A stretch of 64,000 nt of DNA, taken from Kiritimatiellia bacterium (lineage in GTDB: Bacteria; Verrucomicrobiota; Kiritimatiellia; RFP12; UBA3636). Within the stretch, counting starts at the first letter, position 1. Every line of letters begins with the position of its first letter. Under the pieces are notes generated by a model that saw only the letters and a program-made list of their open reading frames with translations, searched no databases and had not been told where the DNA came from. The position numbers were made by a program, and so were the translations under genes. The stretch covers positions 7,638 to 71,637 of the forward strand of contig JAFUOX010000051.1 in assembly GCA_017481725.1 (NCBI GenBank), read 5' to 3'. Shown piece by piece: positions 38,147 to 48,771 of the stretch.

Positions 38147-38893
38147 TTATTTAATTATGCTGCCTGCTGTTATTATTTGCTTATCACCTGCAGCATCTAC
38201 TATCACAAGCTCTCCAGCTGATGTAATGCCTGCAGCTACACCCTCTACTACACCAGCATCTGGTGTATCAATCTTAATTTGTGTATCTACAAGTAAATCG
38301 TATTTACTCCAATCAGAAACAATCTCGTGCGTAGAATAATAGCGTAAAAATCGTTGCTTTAATGAAACTGCAAATGTTTCAGCCAATGTGGCTGTGTCTA
38401 TTGCTTTTACAGAAGCTTCACCAAGCTCTATTAAAAGAGATGTTGCAGGATATATCACTCGTGCTGGGAGCTGCTCCTGCGAGGCTTTTACATTTAGACC
38501 AATACCAACAATAACGGCTTTCGAGTCACCCTGCAAGGATGCCTCACATAAAATTCCAGCAAGTTTACGCCCATTTAGAAGAATATCATTTGGCCACTTG
38601 ATGCCAACATTATTTCCAGCAAGCACCGGCAAAGCGTTTAATGCTTCACACATTGCCACACCAGCAACAAGAGTTAGCTGCGGCAATAGCTCCATTGGAA
38701 GCTCCGGACGCAATATCATGCTCATATAAAGGCCAGCACCAGAGGCAGAGCTCCAGCTATTACCATTGCGTCCGCGCCCATTAGTCTGCTCCTCAGCAAC
38801 AACATAAGAGAACTCTGGAGTTGTTAGCTGATGTGCTAGCTCCATAGCCTTATCATTTGTAGATGGGAGTGATTTAAAATAGTATGCTTGCAT
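38147..38893 (-). CDS. birA: Biotin--[acetyl-CoA-carboxylase] ligase (class I, no N-terminal HTH)
   Basis: 248 aa. Motifs GRGRNGNSWSS and KWPNDILLNGRKLAGIL. Confidence 0.9.
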   Translation of the reverse strand: MQAYYFKSLPSTNDKAMELAHQLTTPEFSYVVAEEQTNGRGRNGNSWSSASGAGLYMSMILRPELPMELLPQLTLVAGVAMCEALNALPVLAGNNVGIKWPNDILLNGRKLAGILCEASLQGDSKAVIVGIGLNVKASQEQLPARVIYPATSLLIELGEASVKAIDTATLAETFAVSLKQRFLRYYSTHEIVSDWSKYDLLVDTQIKIDTPDAGVVEGVAAGITSAGELVIVDAAGDKQIITAGSIIK

Positions 38894-38898
38894 TTTAC

Positions 38899-38932
38899 CA
38901 AAAAGAGCAGGCTTATAAAACTAAACCTGCTC
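38899..38932 (-). terminator. Rho-independent terminator after the GH38 gene
   Basis: Minus strand reads GAGCAGG-(14-nt loop)-CCTGCTC followed by TTTTTGG. Confidence 0.6.
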
Positions 38933-38958
38933 CCATAAGAATTTCTTATTCGCCTAAA

Positions 38959-41900
38959 TTAGATAAACATCTTAAAGGTCTTGAACTCAAATGGCTTTAG
39001 AGCAACCTCTGCACCATTTGCTAGCTCGCTAGAATAAGCCTTCCATTCACAGATGTCACACTCAACAAAGCGTGCATTTGGATAAACATCTGATGAAAGC
39101 TTAGCAACTGTATTGTGACCAGAGGTCTCAGCAATACGAATTACAAAGCAATCCTCCTTCTCTGCCTTCTTAACAACAGACAAGTCAACAAAGCGACCCT
39201 CCACCTTAACTGGTAGCACAGCCTTGCCCTCTACGCCTTCGAGCATAGCAACACCTTGGTTGATAATTGCTGCCTGAGCAATTACTGGGCATTCAGCCAT
39301 TGTTAAATTACCGGCGTGTGGCAAGAAGCTATATACAAAGTGGTGCATGCCTCTATCTGCGATCGGATCTGGCTCTGTTGGTGAACGTAGTAGAGAAATT
39401 GACATTACATCATTCTTTACGCAGTAGCCATACTTACTATCTGTTAGTAGAGCAACACCTGCATCAAGATCAGAATAATCAACAAAGCGATGACCCAAGC
39501 ACTCAAACTGAGCATACTGCCACTTGGTGTTATTATGTGTTGCACGACCAATTGTGCCGTACTGCACCTCATAGCGAGCCTCAAGTGCATGAACAGCAAC
39601 TGGGAACTCAACGCGAGCTAGCTTATGATTTTCATTCCAATTTACATCAGTTACGAAGTCTAGACGCTTGCTATCCTTCTCCAACCAAATGTGCTGAACA
39701 AATGAGCTTGCATCACCTAGCTTCATCATAGCCATAATACCTGTACGAGCAGGACCTGTCATTTTCTCTAATGACTCAATCTCTGGCTCATGAGTTGGCA
39801 TTCTTACTGCATACTCATCGATATCCCATGCATCATAGGTATGAGGATGATCATCATATAGAGAAAGCTTATTACCACATGCATTTGGAGCAATAAACTC
39901 ACGCTTTAGCTCCTTATCGTATGCACTGATAAGCTGTAGCTTCTTGTTGAAGCGATATGATACCAAATCATTCTCAAGAATTGTGACATCGGAGTCAATT
40001 GGCATTGTCTCAACCATAGCAGGAGCAGCCTTACCAAGCTCAAGCACAACAAAGCTCTGAGCAGGAACGGTTACCTTTGCAAGGCACTCACCTGCCTCAC
40101 ACTGAACAACCAATGCCTCTCCATTTACAGCTGCACTAGTAAACTCATCTGGCAATGTAACCATACCAGTAAAGTCAGTTGCAGATGGGTTAAACAATGT
40201 TGCAGCTTCCTTATTTTCCTTGAATAAACGCTTTGCTACAGCATTTGCAATATCATAGCACTCTGCCACAATCTTCTTCATCTCTGGAATAGCTTCTGCA
40301 TAAACGCGATGAATTGATGAGCCAGGAATAATGTCATGGAAGTGATTTATTAGGAAGCGCTTCCATAGAGCCTTAAATTGCTCTGCAGGATAATTTGCGA
40401 TACCACCAATAGAAGCCATCATTTCTGCAAGGCGTAGAGCCTCTTCGCAGCGGCGATTCCATAGCTTTACATCTGCCTGAGTAGTAAAGGTTCCGCGGTG
40501 GAATTCAAAGTATAGCTCACCCTCCCATGTATCCAACTCATCCTTATATGAAGCAAGCTTCTCAAGAGTTGTTTGAGCAAAACCAAAGTGTACGCGTGGG
40601 CAACCATTTAGATTCTCAACACGAGAAACTCGGTCAATATAAGTGTAGGATGGGCCACCACCGCCATCACCAATACCATACAAGCATATTGCTTCATTGA
40701 TTAGACCTGCTTCTTGGTTATTCTTCTCATGCTTCTTTAGCTGGCTAGGAAGCATTGGTGAATTGTAGTTATCCTCTGGAGGGAAGTGAGTAAACACCTC
40801 ACTGCCATCAATACCACGCCACATAAAGGAATTGTGTGGGAAGCGATTATAGCGGTTCCAAGAAAGCTTCTGGGTTAGGAAGTAATCCACGCCAGCCTTC
40901 TTCATAATCTGAGGAAGATTTCCAGAGTAGCCAAATACGTCAGGAATCCAAAGGTTCTTAACATCCTGACCAAATTCATCCATATAGAAATGCTTACCTA
41001 CAAGCATCTGGCGTACAAGTGACTCACCGTTAGGGATATTGCAGTCTGCTTCAACCCACATACCGCCCTGAAGCTCCCAATCTCCATTAGCAACAGCCTT
41101 CTTAATCTTCTCATAAAGTGCAGGATAATGCTCCTTTGTGAAAGCATATAGCTGAGGCTGAGAAGCACCAAACTTAAAGCCTGGATATTTCTCAATATTG
41201 TGAATCTGAGAAGCAAAGGTACGACCAGTCTTGCGGATAGTTTCGCGCACTGGCCATAGCCATGCAGTATCAATGTGAGCATGACCAATTGCTGTGACAT
41301 CAAGAGTTGCAGGATCAGCGCCTAGCTCAAAGATTGGCTTAAGAGCTTCACGTACTGCTGCTGGGCCACCACGCTCCTGTGGTAGAAGATCTAGTGCACG
41401 GCTAGCAATACGAATTACCTGTAGCTTACGAGGATTCTCTGCTGGCAAAGCCCCTACCAAATCAATTATGATTTCTAAATCAACAAACAACTCATGCACA
41501 ACCTTGTCAAATTGAGCAATATCCATACGGATTACAGAGGAAGTGTGTTTACCATGCAAATCCTCTGGAGCACACTCTTCACGATGTGGGTTTGCCTGAC
41601 GAGCAATACCAAACAAGGAGTTTGCTGCAGCATCTAACCAATAGTCTATCTTCTCTCCACCCTGACACTCATCGATAAGAATCATTCTATCCTTGCGGTA
41701 ATCTGTATCAAAGGTTGCTGCATCAGTAAATGCATAGATTGGGCAGCCTGTCTCATCAAAAAGAAGGGATTCGCCATTTGTTTCAATCTGAAGTGCAACT
41801 GTCTTGCCCTTCCAAGATGCAGGCACTTCACCTGTCATATGGAACCAAGCACAGTCAAACTTCTTACCCCAAACCTCGCCCTGCTTAATTGGCTTATATT

Positions 41901-42054
41901 CAAGCTCCAAGCGCTTTGCATAAGGGACAGGCTCTGGTGTGACTGCGACCTCTAAATCAAGCTTTACTCTCTCACCATAAAGGTCTTCTCTCTTTATGCG
42001 CTTATGTGCTTCTCTAATTCGATCAAAATGAACATCTGGATAAAAGTGGGACAT
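38959..42054 (-). CDS. Alpha-mannosidase, glycoside hydrolase family 38
   Basis: 1031 aa. GH38 N-terminal metal-site motif GHAHIDTAWLWP plus the typical central and C-terminal beta-domains by length. Confidence 0.9.
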   Translation of the reverse strand: MSHFYPDVHFDRIREAHKRIKREDLYGERVKLDLEVAVTPEPVPYAKRLELEYKPIKQGEVWGKKFDCAWFHMTGEVPASWKGKTVALQIETNGESLLFDETGCPIYAFTDAATFDTDYRKDRMILIDECQGGEKIDYWLDAAANSLFGIARQANPHREECAPEDLHGKHTSSVIRMDIAQFDKVVHELFVDLEIIIDLVGALPAENPRKLQVIRIASRALDLLPQERGGPAAVREALKPIFELGADPATLDVTAIGHAHIDTAWLWPVRETIRKTGRTFASQIHNIEKYPGFKFGASQPQLYAFTKEHYPALYEKIKKAVANGDWELQGGMWVEADCNIPNGESLVRQMLVGKHFYMDEFGQDVKNLWIPDVFGYSGNLPQIMKKAGVDYFLTQKLSWNRYNRFPHNSFMWRGIDGSEVFTHFPPEDNYNSPMLPSQLKKHEKNNQEAGLINEAICLYGIGDGGGGPSYTYIDRVSRVENLNGCPRVHFGFAQTTLEKLASYKDELDTWEGELYFEFHRGTFTTQADVKLWNRRCEEALRLAEMMASIGGIANYPAEQFKALWKRFLINHFHDIIPGSSIHRVYAEAIPEMKKIVAECYDIANAVAKRLFKENKEAATLFNPSATDFTGMVTLPDEFTSAAVNGEALVVQCEAGECLAKVTVPAQSFVVLELGKAAPAMVETMPIDSDVTILENDLVSYRFNKKLQLISAYDKELKREFIAPNACGNKLSLYDDHPHTYDAWDIDEYAVRMPTHEPEIESLEKMTGPARTGIMAMMKLGDASSFVQHIWLEKDSKRLDFVTDVNWNENHKLARVEFPVAVHALEARYEVQYGTIGRATHNNTKWQYAQFECLGHRFVDYSDLDAGVALLTDSKYGYCVKNDVMSISLLRSPTEPDPIADRGMHHFVYSFLPHAGNLTMAECPVIAQAAIINQGVAMLEGVEGKAVLPVKVEGRFVDLSVVKKAEKEDCFVIRIAETSGHNTVAKLSSDVYPNARFVECDICEWKAYSSELANGAEVALKPFEFKTFKMFI

Positions 42055-42198
42055 AATATAATCCTTTCATAAATAAAACAATAGCCTCAAGGGCATTTCT
42101 CAATATTCTACCATATTTTTTTAATGCAATTCAATAACTGCATTTAAAAATTGAGGTCTATCAAAATATTTAAAACCTCTAATTTAAAACAAATGTTA

Positions 42199-43596
42199 TT
42201 AGTTCCAGAAATCGGTTGGCTCCTGAATTCCAATACTCTTTGCTTTGAATTCAGGATTTCTACCTTCGCTACGCTGTGCTTTATAATCCTTTAGTGCTTT
42301 ATAAACATAGCCACCAACAATAACACAGACAGGTATGTTGATAAAAGCAAGGACACACTGTGCAATATCTGCTAAATCCCATGCCAAGCCCATCTTAATT
42401 GCAGCACCATAAGCAATCAATACTGCACCTACCACACGAACAACAATTAAAACACTCTTGCTTGGAACCTTGCCAAATAGATAATTTAAGCAATTCTCTA
42501 CATAGTAGAAATTACCTAGCAATGTTGTAAATGTAAATAGAAGCATTGCTGCAGCAATAAAGATAGGTCCTATTAGACCAAAGGTTGAGCTAATTGCCTC
42601 CTGAACAAAAGGAGCACCTGAATTTTCTGCTGTTGGTGTGACACCAGAGCTTAGGCACATAAATGCTGTTGCAGAGCAAATAACAAGTGTGTCTATAAAT
42701 ACTGAAAGCATCTGTACAAGACCCTGCTTTACAGGGTGAGAAACATCTGCAGATGCAGCAGCATTTGGTGCAGAACCAATACCTGCCTCATTTGAATATA
42801 AGCCGCGCTTCATACCAAGCATTACAACAGAACCAGCAAATCCACCAAAAATTGCTTTAAAATCAAATGCACTTTGGAAAATAGTGCAGAACATAGCAGG
42901 TATTCTCTCTATATTGATAATAACAGCAGCTAATGCGAATAAAACATATAAAACACCCATTAGCGGAACAAGGAATGTTGTCGTCTTAATAATGGTTTTG
43001 CAGCCGCCACAAACACAGAAAAAGAATAGTAATGCAATACCAATACCAAAATACCAGCAAACATTAGGTGTTGTTTTATAAAATTCAAATGTTGAAAAAG
43101 CGCTCTGCAAATTGTAAGAAGCCAACATATTGTAGCCAACGCCGTATGTAAAGATTAAAGCCAATGTGAAAATTGTTGCCAAAATCTTAGACTTTAATGT
43201 TGATTCAATATAGTAAGCTGGGCCACCATAGCTAGTACCATCATCCTTTTTGCGTTTGAATATTTGTGCAAGTGTAGATTCAACAAATGCAGATGCTCCA
43301 CCAATTGTAGCACAAATCCACATCCATACAACTGCGCCTGGTCCTCCTGAACAAATTGCAACAGATACACCAATAATGTTACCTGAACCTACGCGTGAAG
43401 CTGTTGACACCATCAATGCACTAAAGGAAGAAATGCTACCTGGCATTGATGGCTTTCCCTTTACTACTCTAATTGTTTCCTTTAGCAGTAGCTGGATACA
43501 GCCAGTACGAACAGTGAAATATAAGCCACCAATTAGCAGCACTACAGCCAAAGGCCAACCTGTCAAATATAAGAGATTTTTATATAATAATTCCAT
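42199..43596 (-). CDS. Alanine/glycine:cation symporter (AGCS family)
   Basis: 465 aa. Motifs SGGPGAVVWMW and GLYSNEAGIGSAP. Confidence 0.9.
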   Translation of the reverse strand: MELLYKNLLYLTGWPLAVVLLIGGLYFTVRTGCIQLLLKETIRVVKGKPSMPGSISSFSALMVSTASRVGSGNIIGVSVAICSGGPGAVVWMWICATIGGASAFVESTLAQIFKRKKDDGTSYGGPAYYIESTLKSKILATIFTLALIFTYGVGYNMLASYNLQSAFSTFEFYKTTPNVCWYFGIGIALLFFFCVCGGCKTIIKTTTFLVPLMGVLYVLFALAAVIINIERIPAMFCTIFQSAFDFKAIFGGFAGSVVMLGMKRGLYSNEAGIGSAPNAAASADVSHPVKQGLVQMLSVFIDTLVICSATAFMCLSSGVTPTAENSGAPFVQEAISSTFGLIGPIFIAAAMLLFTFTTLLGNFYYVENCLNYLFGKVPSKSVLIVVRVVGAVLIAYGAAIKMGLAWDLADIAQCVLAFINIPVCVIVGGYVYKALKDYKAQRSEGRNPEFKAKSIGIQEPTDFWN

Positions 43597-43734
43597 TTTT
43601 TGTTTCTTTCAATCAATTGTGAATATAATTAAATTTACATTATTGGCAATTTTATCAAAAATTCAAAATAATAGCAATCAACATCGGGAGCAGCCACATT
43701 TTAAGAGAATCCAGTTAATAAACTTATATTTTGC

Positions 43735-43768
43735 AAAAAAGGCGTGAACCATAGCCCACGCCTTTTTT
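43735..43768. terminator. Bidirectional-type rho-independent terminator after the GH10-like gene
   Basis: aaaaaa-GGCGTG-aaccatagcc-CACGCC-tttttt, immediately 3' of the stop at 43771. Confidence 0.7.
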
Positions 43769-43770
43769 CT

Positions 43771-45186
43771 TTAAACTTCAATGAACTTTTCTGTGCCGTC
43801 TGGCAATGTAATCTTATACTTGCCACGGAAGCCACGGAAGCACACCTTGCCACCCTCAACAGGAAGCTCAAGATTTGTCTTCCACTCCTTGTTGATTAAA
43901 TCATTCAACGCATAGTATGACTTCTTAGGTGTCATATCTCGATGGAACAAGCCTGAGAAGCTTGGCTCTCCTGGAGCACCACAATCATCAACCACATTCC
44001 ACCAAGTAATTCCCATCATTGGCTCAAGGCTGAACCATAGGCGATAGAAATTCCTTAAAAGAAATGCCTGCTGTTCCTCTCCGTCAGGTGTTTGTGGAGA
44101 AGTAAGTGTAATTTCACTTAGATGCACTGGCAAACCACAAGCCCAATTATCCATCACCATACTGCGAAGCTCTGTCGGGCTCTTCAAGTCAGATCTGCCC
44201 TCTGCGATATCCTGACAATCCTTAGGATTGAATAGATGCATCTGCATTCCTTGATTATCAATTTTGCAACCACGCTCCATTAAGCTCTCAATCTGACGCT
44301 TATATCCTGCACATACATACCAATCATTGATATTAAGCTTAGCACTATCAGGAAGCTTCTCTTGAGCCAGCTTAAAGCTCTTAAAGGTGTAATCGCCAGG
44401 CATTAACCAGCAGGTAGATTTACAGATTAAATCATCCTCTACAATGTTGCCTTTATCAAAATCATCTCCTGACTCATTAACCACATCCCAGCTATCAACA
44501 TCATCGCCATATTTTTCAGCAATATCAATTATACGATTCCAATGAAGCTGATTGAATTCCTCAACAAATTCAGGTAGATCTGCTTCAATTTCTTTTGGTG
44601 ACATTTCCGCAAATTTTCCCATTAGATAGCCATTGCCACGAGGAGCACTAGGTATTGTCTTCTTGTATTCCTCAGGAAGCTTGTCTGTCAGCCAATGTGG
44701 TACATGCCAATTACAATTGCTCCATGTCAAAGGATGACCATGAATGCGAATTCCCTTCTCCTTGCAGAATTTAATTAAGGTAGAAGGAACAGGTCTTCTC
44801 CAATGAGGTTGCTCCTTTGGATTTGGGCAATTATTCCAAAATTCCTCACTATCCTCATAACTGGCCTCATGGCGTGGCTTTCCTTTTTTCATCTCAAATT
44901 TCTTCCAATAGAATGGAATTGTGGCAGAGTTAAAAAGTGTGCCATAAAGCTCTTTATATTTATCATTACATTCCTTTGATCCTAGCTGATCAAAGTTAAA
45001 AATATGAGCTCCAAAAATAAAAGAATGAGTCAACTGCTCAATTTTTACCATTTCGCCATCAGCAACGCCTGATAGATCAATAGAGGCATCCGCCTTACGA
45101 TTTTTCTCAATATCACGATCAATTTGAGCCTGAAGCTCATCATTCCAAAGCTCCCAGAAATGATCTCCCATACATGCTTTATTCAT
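43771..45186 (-). CDS. GH10-like glycoside hydrolase (endo-beta-1,4-xylanase family), no signal peptide
   Basis: The track ORF extends to 45246 (non-ATG start). The Met at 45186 (MNKACMGDHFWELW), preceded by AAAGG, is more plausible. Motifs: acid/base WDVVNE, GMQMH, nucleophile region LSEITL. Confidence 0.7.
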   Translation of the reverse strand: MNKACMGDHFWELWNDELQAQIDRDIEKNRKADASIDLSGVADGEMVKIEQLTHSFIFGAHIFNFDQLGSKECNDKYKELYGTLFNSATIPFYWKKFEMKKGKPRHEASYEDSEEFWNNCPNPKEQPHWRRPVPSTLIKFCKEKGIRIHGHPLTWSNCNWHVPHWLTDKLPEEYKKTIPSAPRGNGYLMGKFAEMSPKEIEADLPEFVEEFNQLHWNRIIDIAEKYGDDVDSWDVVNESGDDFDKGNIVEDDLICKSTCWLMPGDYTFKSFKLAQEKLPDSAKLNINDWYVCAGYKRQIESLMERGCKIDNQGMQMHLFNPKDCQDIAEGRSDLKSPTELRSMVMDNWACGLPVHLSEITLTSPQTPDGEEQQAFLLRNFYRLWFSLEPMMGITWWNVVDDCGAPGEPSFSGLFHRDMTPKKSYYALNDLINKEWKTNLELPVEGGKVCFRGFRGKYKITLPDGTEKFIEV

Positions 45187-45297
45187 TTTTTTACCTTTAT
45201 TACAAATTTTATTTAAGCGGTGTGCGTGCTTTAGCAATAAGCGCACGCTTTACCTACTCCACTTATCTCTTACTTCTTACCTATTACTTCTTACCTA

Positions 45298-46053
45298 TTA
45301 GAAGTATCCACCCTTTTCAATAATTTCGGAAATGGTGTCTCCACTATGTACCCAAGAGAAAATATCTACCTCATTGCGCTCAATTCCTTCAGCACGTAGA
45401 AGTACATCATAAGCAATTTCACGTGGTATGCAAAGCACTCCATCTATATCTCCAAAGATAATATCGCCTGGGCGAACAGTCACTTTACCGATTTTGACGG
45501 GCACCTGATAATGTGTAATCATGCAGCGACCTAATGAACCATTAGATGTACGATACTTGTAGAACACAGGGAAATCTTGCTCAAGAATTTGCTTTGTATC
45601 TCGAATACCACCAGCAATGACGGCACCTCGAATACCTTTTGTCTTTGCTGTCGCTGTCATCACGCCGCCCCATAGAGAAGCCTCTGTATCCTCTGATGTA
45701 TCCCAAACAACCACACCCTCTGGCTTCATATCATCAAGCATTTGTGCTCGAAAAGTCATTTCTCCTTCAATCATAACATTTGGAGCAGACTTCACAGTAA
45801 ATGCTTCTCCGCAAACGGTCATGTGGTCACGCAATGGCATAATAGATGAAGGTAAATTCTGATTTAAAAGTGTTAGCTCACGCATCACATCATTTATGCA
45901 GCCAGTATAGAGCTTTTCATAGCGTTCACAAAGCTCCTTAATTGGAATTGGCAACTCGTTGGTTGGAATGTGCTGACGCTGTGCAATAAGCTTATCAAGC
46001 TTCATTAAACCAGCTTCCTTTGCTTTCTCTCTCATGTCCTTTAGTGATGGCAT
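45298..46053 (-). CDS. RraA-like / 4-hydroxy-4-methyl-2-oxoglutarate aldolase family protein
   Basis: 251 aa. Motif GGVMTATAKTKGIRGAVIAGGIRD, typical of the RraA/HMG aldolase fold. Confidence 0.8.
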   Translation of the reverse strand: MPSLKDMREKAKEAGLMKLDKLIAQRQHIPTNELPIPIKELCERYEKLYTGCINDVMRELTLLNQNLPSSIMPLRDHMTVCGEAFTVKSAPNVMIEGEMTFRAQMLDDMKPEGVVVWDTSEDTEASLWGGVMTATAKTKGIRGAVIAGGIRDTKQILEQDFPVFYKYRTSNGSLGRCMITHYQVPVKIGKVTVRPGDIIFGDIDGVLCIPREIAYDVLLRAEGIERNEVDIFSWVHSGDTISEIIEKGGYF

Positions 46054-46076
46054 TTTTATTCTCCTTTTTTAAATTT

Positions 46077-47420
46077 TTAGTTAAGACAAATTTCTTTTGT
46101 TTGAATAGGATTTTCAGAAAGGCGAAGCACCTGCTTCTTTGTTACTCCATTTCCCTCTATGGTTAATTCATAATCGCCATAGAAGCCGCGTAGAATAGCC
46201 TTACCTTTTTCATCTGTTTCAATGGTTGCTTCTGTTCTCCACCTATGATTGAATAATTCATCAATCATATCATAGGCTGGCTTTTTACTTAAATCATAGC
46301 GCAACAAACCACCTCTATAATAATTTTCTCCCTTTGAGAAATCTCCCTTTTCTGCACCAACGGCATACCCATCAATTAGATTCCAGTAGATAATACCATT
46401 CATTGCTTTATGAGAGAACCACAATGGATAGAAGCGGCGAACCATTTCAGCTTGGAACTCCTCATCACCGGTCTCAGGTGAATATGCCGGGAAGGTTATC
46501 TCTGTAATCTGAAGTGGCTTTCCAAGCATTGCATAGCAATCCATAACATCAAGGTGACGCATAGGGTCACAGCTCTGCTGTGTATAATTTAGGAAGTGCT
46601 CACGCTTGCAGAAAAGATGAAATTGCATACCTATTGTATCAATAGGAGCTCCCTTAAGTAGAGCACGCTCTATTTGCATAAAATAAGGGCTTCTATCATG
46701 GAAAAACTCATGATTATTCCAAATATAATTATCATTTATAATCAAATTGTTGCCCGGGAAGAATTGTCGTGCAGCATTAAAGCTCCACTCAATCAAATCT
46801 CGTGCATAATAGATGCTTGGCAGGTGTTTTTCTTCATTGTGATAGCACCAAAATGTCTCATTTGTTACTTCCCAATCTTGAATTTTATCTGCATATAGCT
46901 CGCCTAGCTCTTTAAAATGCTTTGTCAAAAGCATTTTCTCTGTTTGCAGATCTGAATTCATCCAATCAAGAGTTTTAATACAAGGATAATTTAAGCAATG
47001 AGCCTTAGGGTGAATCCCATATTCTGAACAAAACTCAAGGCAACGGTCTGGGGTGGGTCTGCGGTAAATATATGGGCTATCTTTTTTATAGCGAGGCTTC
47101 CCTTGCTCTGGCTCAAGAGTATTCCAGTAGAAAGGAAGAGTTGCTAGATTAAAAACCTTTGCAAAGGTCTCCTCATAATATTTATTATCCTCTGGCGTTG
47201 GCATCTCATCGAGCATAAAGCAATTTGCACCATGCTTAAATTGGTGACGAATTTGCTTTGCACGAATTTTTACTCCAGAAAGAGGCTGATTAGAGGCATC
47301 CGTAAGATAAAGCGTAACATCTCCCTTACGATTTTTCTCTATACCTGCATTGATGACCGCATTAAGGTAGTCATCATTTCTTTCCCATTTCTCAAAAACC
47401 TTACATAGCTCTGATTTCAT
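46077..47420 (-). CDS. GH10-like glycoside hydrolase, paralog of 43771-45186, no signal peptide
   Basis: 447 aa. Motifs WEVTNE, GMQFH, ITEITFP. Shares the N-terminal IEKNRKGD and LPFYW motifs with the other copy. Confidence 0.7.
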   Translation of the reverse strand: MKSELCKVFEKWERNDDYLNAVINAGIEKNRKGDVTLYLTDASNQPLSGVKIRAKQIRHQFKHGANCFMLDEMPTPEDNKYYEETFAKVFNLATLPFYWNTLEPEQGKPRYKKDSPYIYRRPTPDRCLEFCSEYGIHPKAHCLNYPCIKTLDWMNSDLQTEKMLLTKHFKELGELYADKIQDWEVTNETFWCYHNEEKHLPSIYYARDLIEWSFNAARQFFPGNNLIINDNYIWNNHEFFHDRSPYFMQIERALLKGAPIDTIGMQFHLFCKREHFLNYTQQSCDPMRHLDVMDCYAMLGKPLQITEITFPAYSPETGDEEFQAEMVRRFYPLWFSHKAMNGIIYWNLIDGYAVGAEKGDFSKGENYYRGGLLRYDLSKKPAYDMIDELFNHRWRTEATIETDEKGKAILRGFYGDYELTIEGNGVTKKQVLRLSENPIQTKEICLN

Positions 47421-47454
47421 TTCTTTACCCTATTAAAAATATACAACACAAAGG

Positions 47455-48771
47455 TTATGACCAACGTCTATCATTTGACCACTCGTTATCCCACTCTGTA
47501 GTTGGAGCCCAAGCCTCAGGACAATTTTCGTGAAGTTTTTCTTTAATCAAATCTTCATTTAGCTCCTCAATACCAAGACCTGGTGCATTTGGAACCGTGA
47601 TATAACCTCCTTCATAAGAAAGTGCAGGCTTAATCAAATCGCCCCACCAAGGAACATCAACAGAGTGAAGCTCAAGCGACATAAAATTGCGAGTAGCAGC
47701 AGCGACATGCACCGCAGCAAGGCAAGCGATTGGGCTTTCTGCCATGTGGATATTCATCTGCACACCATAGTCCTCTGCCATATCACCAATCTTCTTTGTT
47801 TCTAAGATACCACCGGCTGTCAAAACATCAGGATGCACAACAGCCAATGCACCAGATTCAAATAAAGGCTTATAGTTTTCCTTTAGATAAATATCCTCGC
47901 CAGTGCCAAGAGGAACTGTTGTGGCAGCGTGTAGCTGCTTCCACATCTCTGTCTGCTGCCAAGGCACAGCATCCTCCATCCATGCAAGGTTAAATTTTTC
48001 TAGGCGGCAAGCAAGCTTGATACAATCCTCTAGAGGAATATGCCCAAGGTGGTCAATAGCAATAGGGATTTCATAGCCTGTTACTTCGCGGCATTCTCTC
48101 ATATAATTTTCAAGAAAATCTAAGCCCTTCTCTGTGATATGAATGCCAGTAAAGTAGTGCTCTGTATTAAAGAGATCATAAGCCTCACCGCGCATTGCTC
48201 TAGGATCAATAGAACCATGAGGAGTTGCAAAGACTGTCTTTTTATATTCTCGCATTTTCTGTAGAAAGCCAAGTGGAGCAGACAAAGCACCAGGCACATC
48301 CATTAGTAGCTCGATACCCAAGTCCATCTTTAAAAATGTGAAGCCACGCTCCATGCGCTCCTTCAGAGCCTTACCCATATCGCGGCCACCGCCCTCTGAG
48401 TCTGTATCGCAATAGCAGCGAATTGTGTCGCGAAATTTGCCTCCTAGTAGCTGCCATACTGGCACGCCCCATGCTTTACCAGCAATATCCCAGCAAGCCA
48501 CTTCAATAGCACACACACCACCTGCTTGGCGTGAGTCACCACCAAACTGTTTGATGCGACGGAAAATCTTATCTACATTGCAAGGATTTTCCCCAAGAAT
48601 GCGGCTTTTTAGCATAGCAGCATACGTTTTACTTGAAGCATCGCGCACTTCACCATAGCCAACAATTCCTTGGTTTGTATAGAGCTTCAATAGGGTGCAG
48701 CGTTTTGGTGCGCCGTCGATTTCTGCAAAACGCATATCTGTAATTTTTAATGTTGATGGATCAATTTTCAT
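47455..48771 (-). CDS. Enolase-superfamily dehydratase (mandelate racemase / D-galactonate-D-mannonate dehydratase-like)
   Basis: The ORF extends to 48819. The Met at 48771 (MKIDPSTLKITDMRF) is the likely start. Motifs: KMDLG, AIDHLGH, WMED, GEDIY metal/acid-base pattern. Confidence 0.85.
   Translation of the reverse strand: MKIDPSTLKITDMRFAEIDGAPKRCTLLKLYTNQGIVGYGEVRDASSKTYAAMLKSRILGENPCNVDKIFRRIKQFGGDSRQAGGVCAIEVACWDIAGKAWGVPVWQLLGGKFRDTIRCYCDTDSEGGGRDMGKALKERMERGFTFLKMDLGIELLMDVPGALSAPLGFLQKMREYKKTVFATPHGSIDPRAMRGEAYDLFNTEHYFTGIHITEKGLDFLENYMRECREVTGYEIPIAIDHLGHIPLEDCIKLACRLEKFNLAWMEDAVPWQQTEMWKQLHAATTVPLGTGEDIYLKENYKPLFESGALAVVHPDVLTAGGILETKKIGDMAEDYGVQMNIHMAESPIACLAAVHVAAATRNFMSLELHSVDVPWWGDLIKPALSYEGGYITVPNAPGLGIEELNEDLIKEKLHENCPEAWAPTTEWDNEWSNDRRWS

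Noticed and set aside
37510-38154. Track ORFs inside the 37.5-38.1 kb gap (68, 144, 62 and 65 aa), which share peptides such as EKGASAPLRA and LNKLLGEHTSG with ORFs at 49722-50118
   Set aside because: The shared peptides simply reflect DNA-level repeats present in both orientations. The ORFs run through 8-nt and 9-nt periodic arrays and hairpins, and they have no ribosome-binding sites. Copy-to-copy differences include non-triplet indels. They are treated as non-coding repeat sequence.
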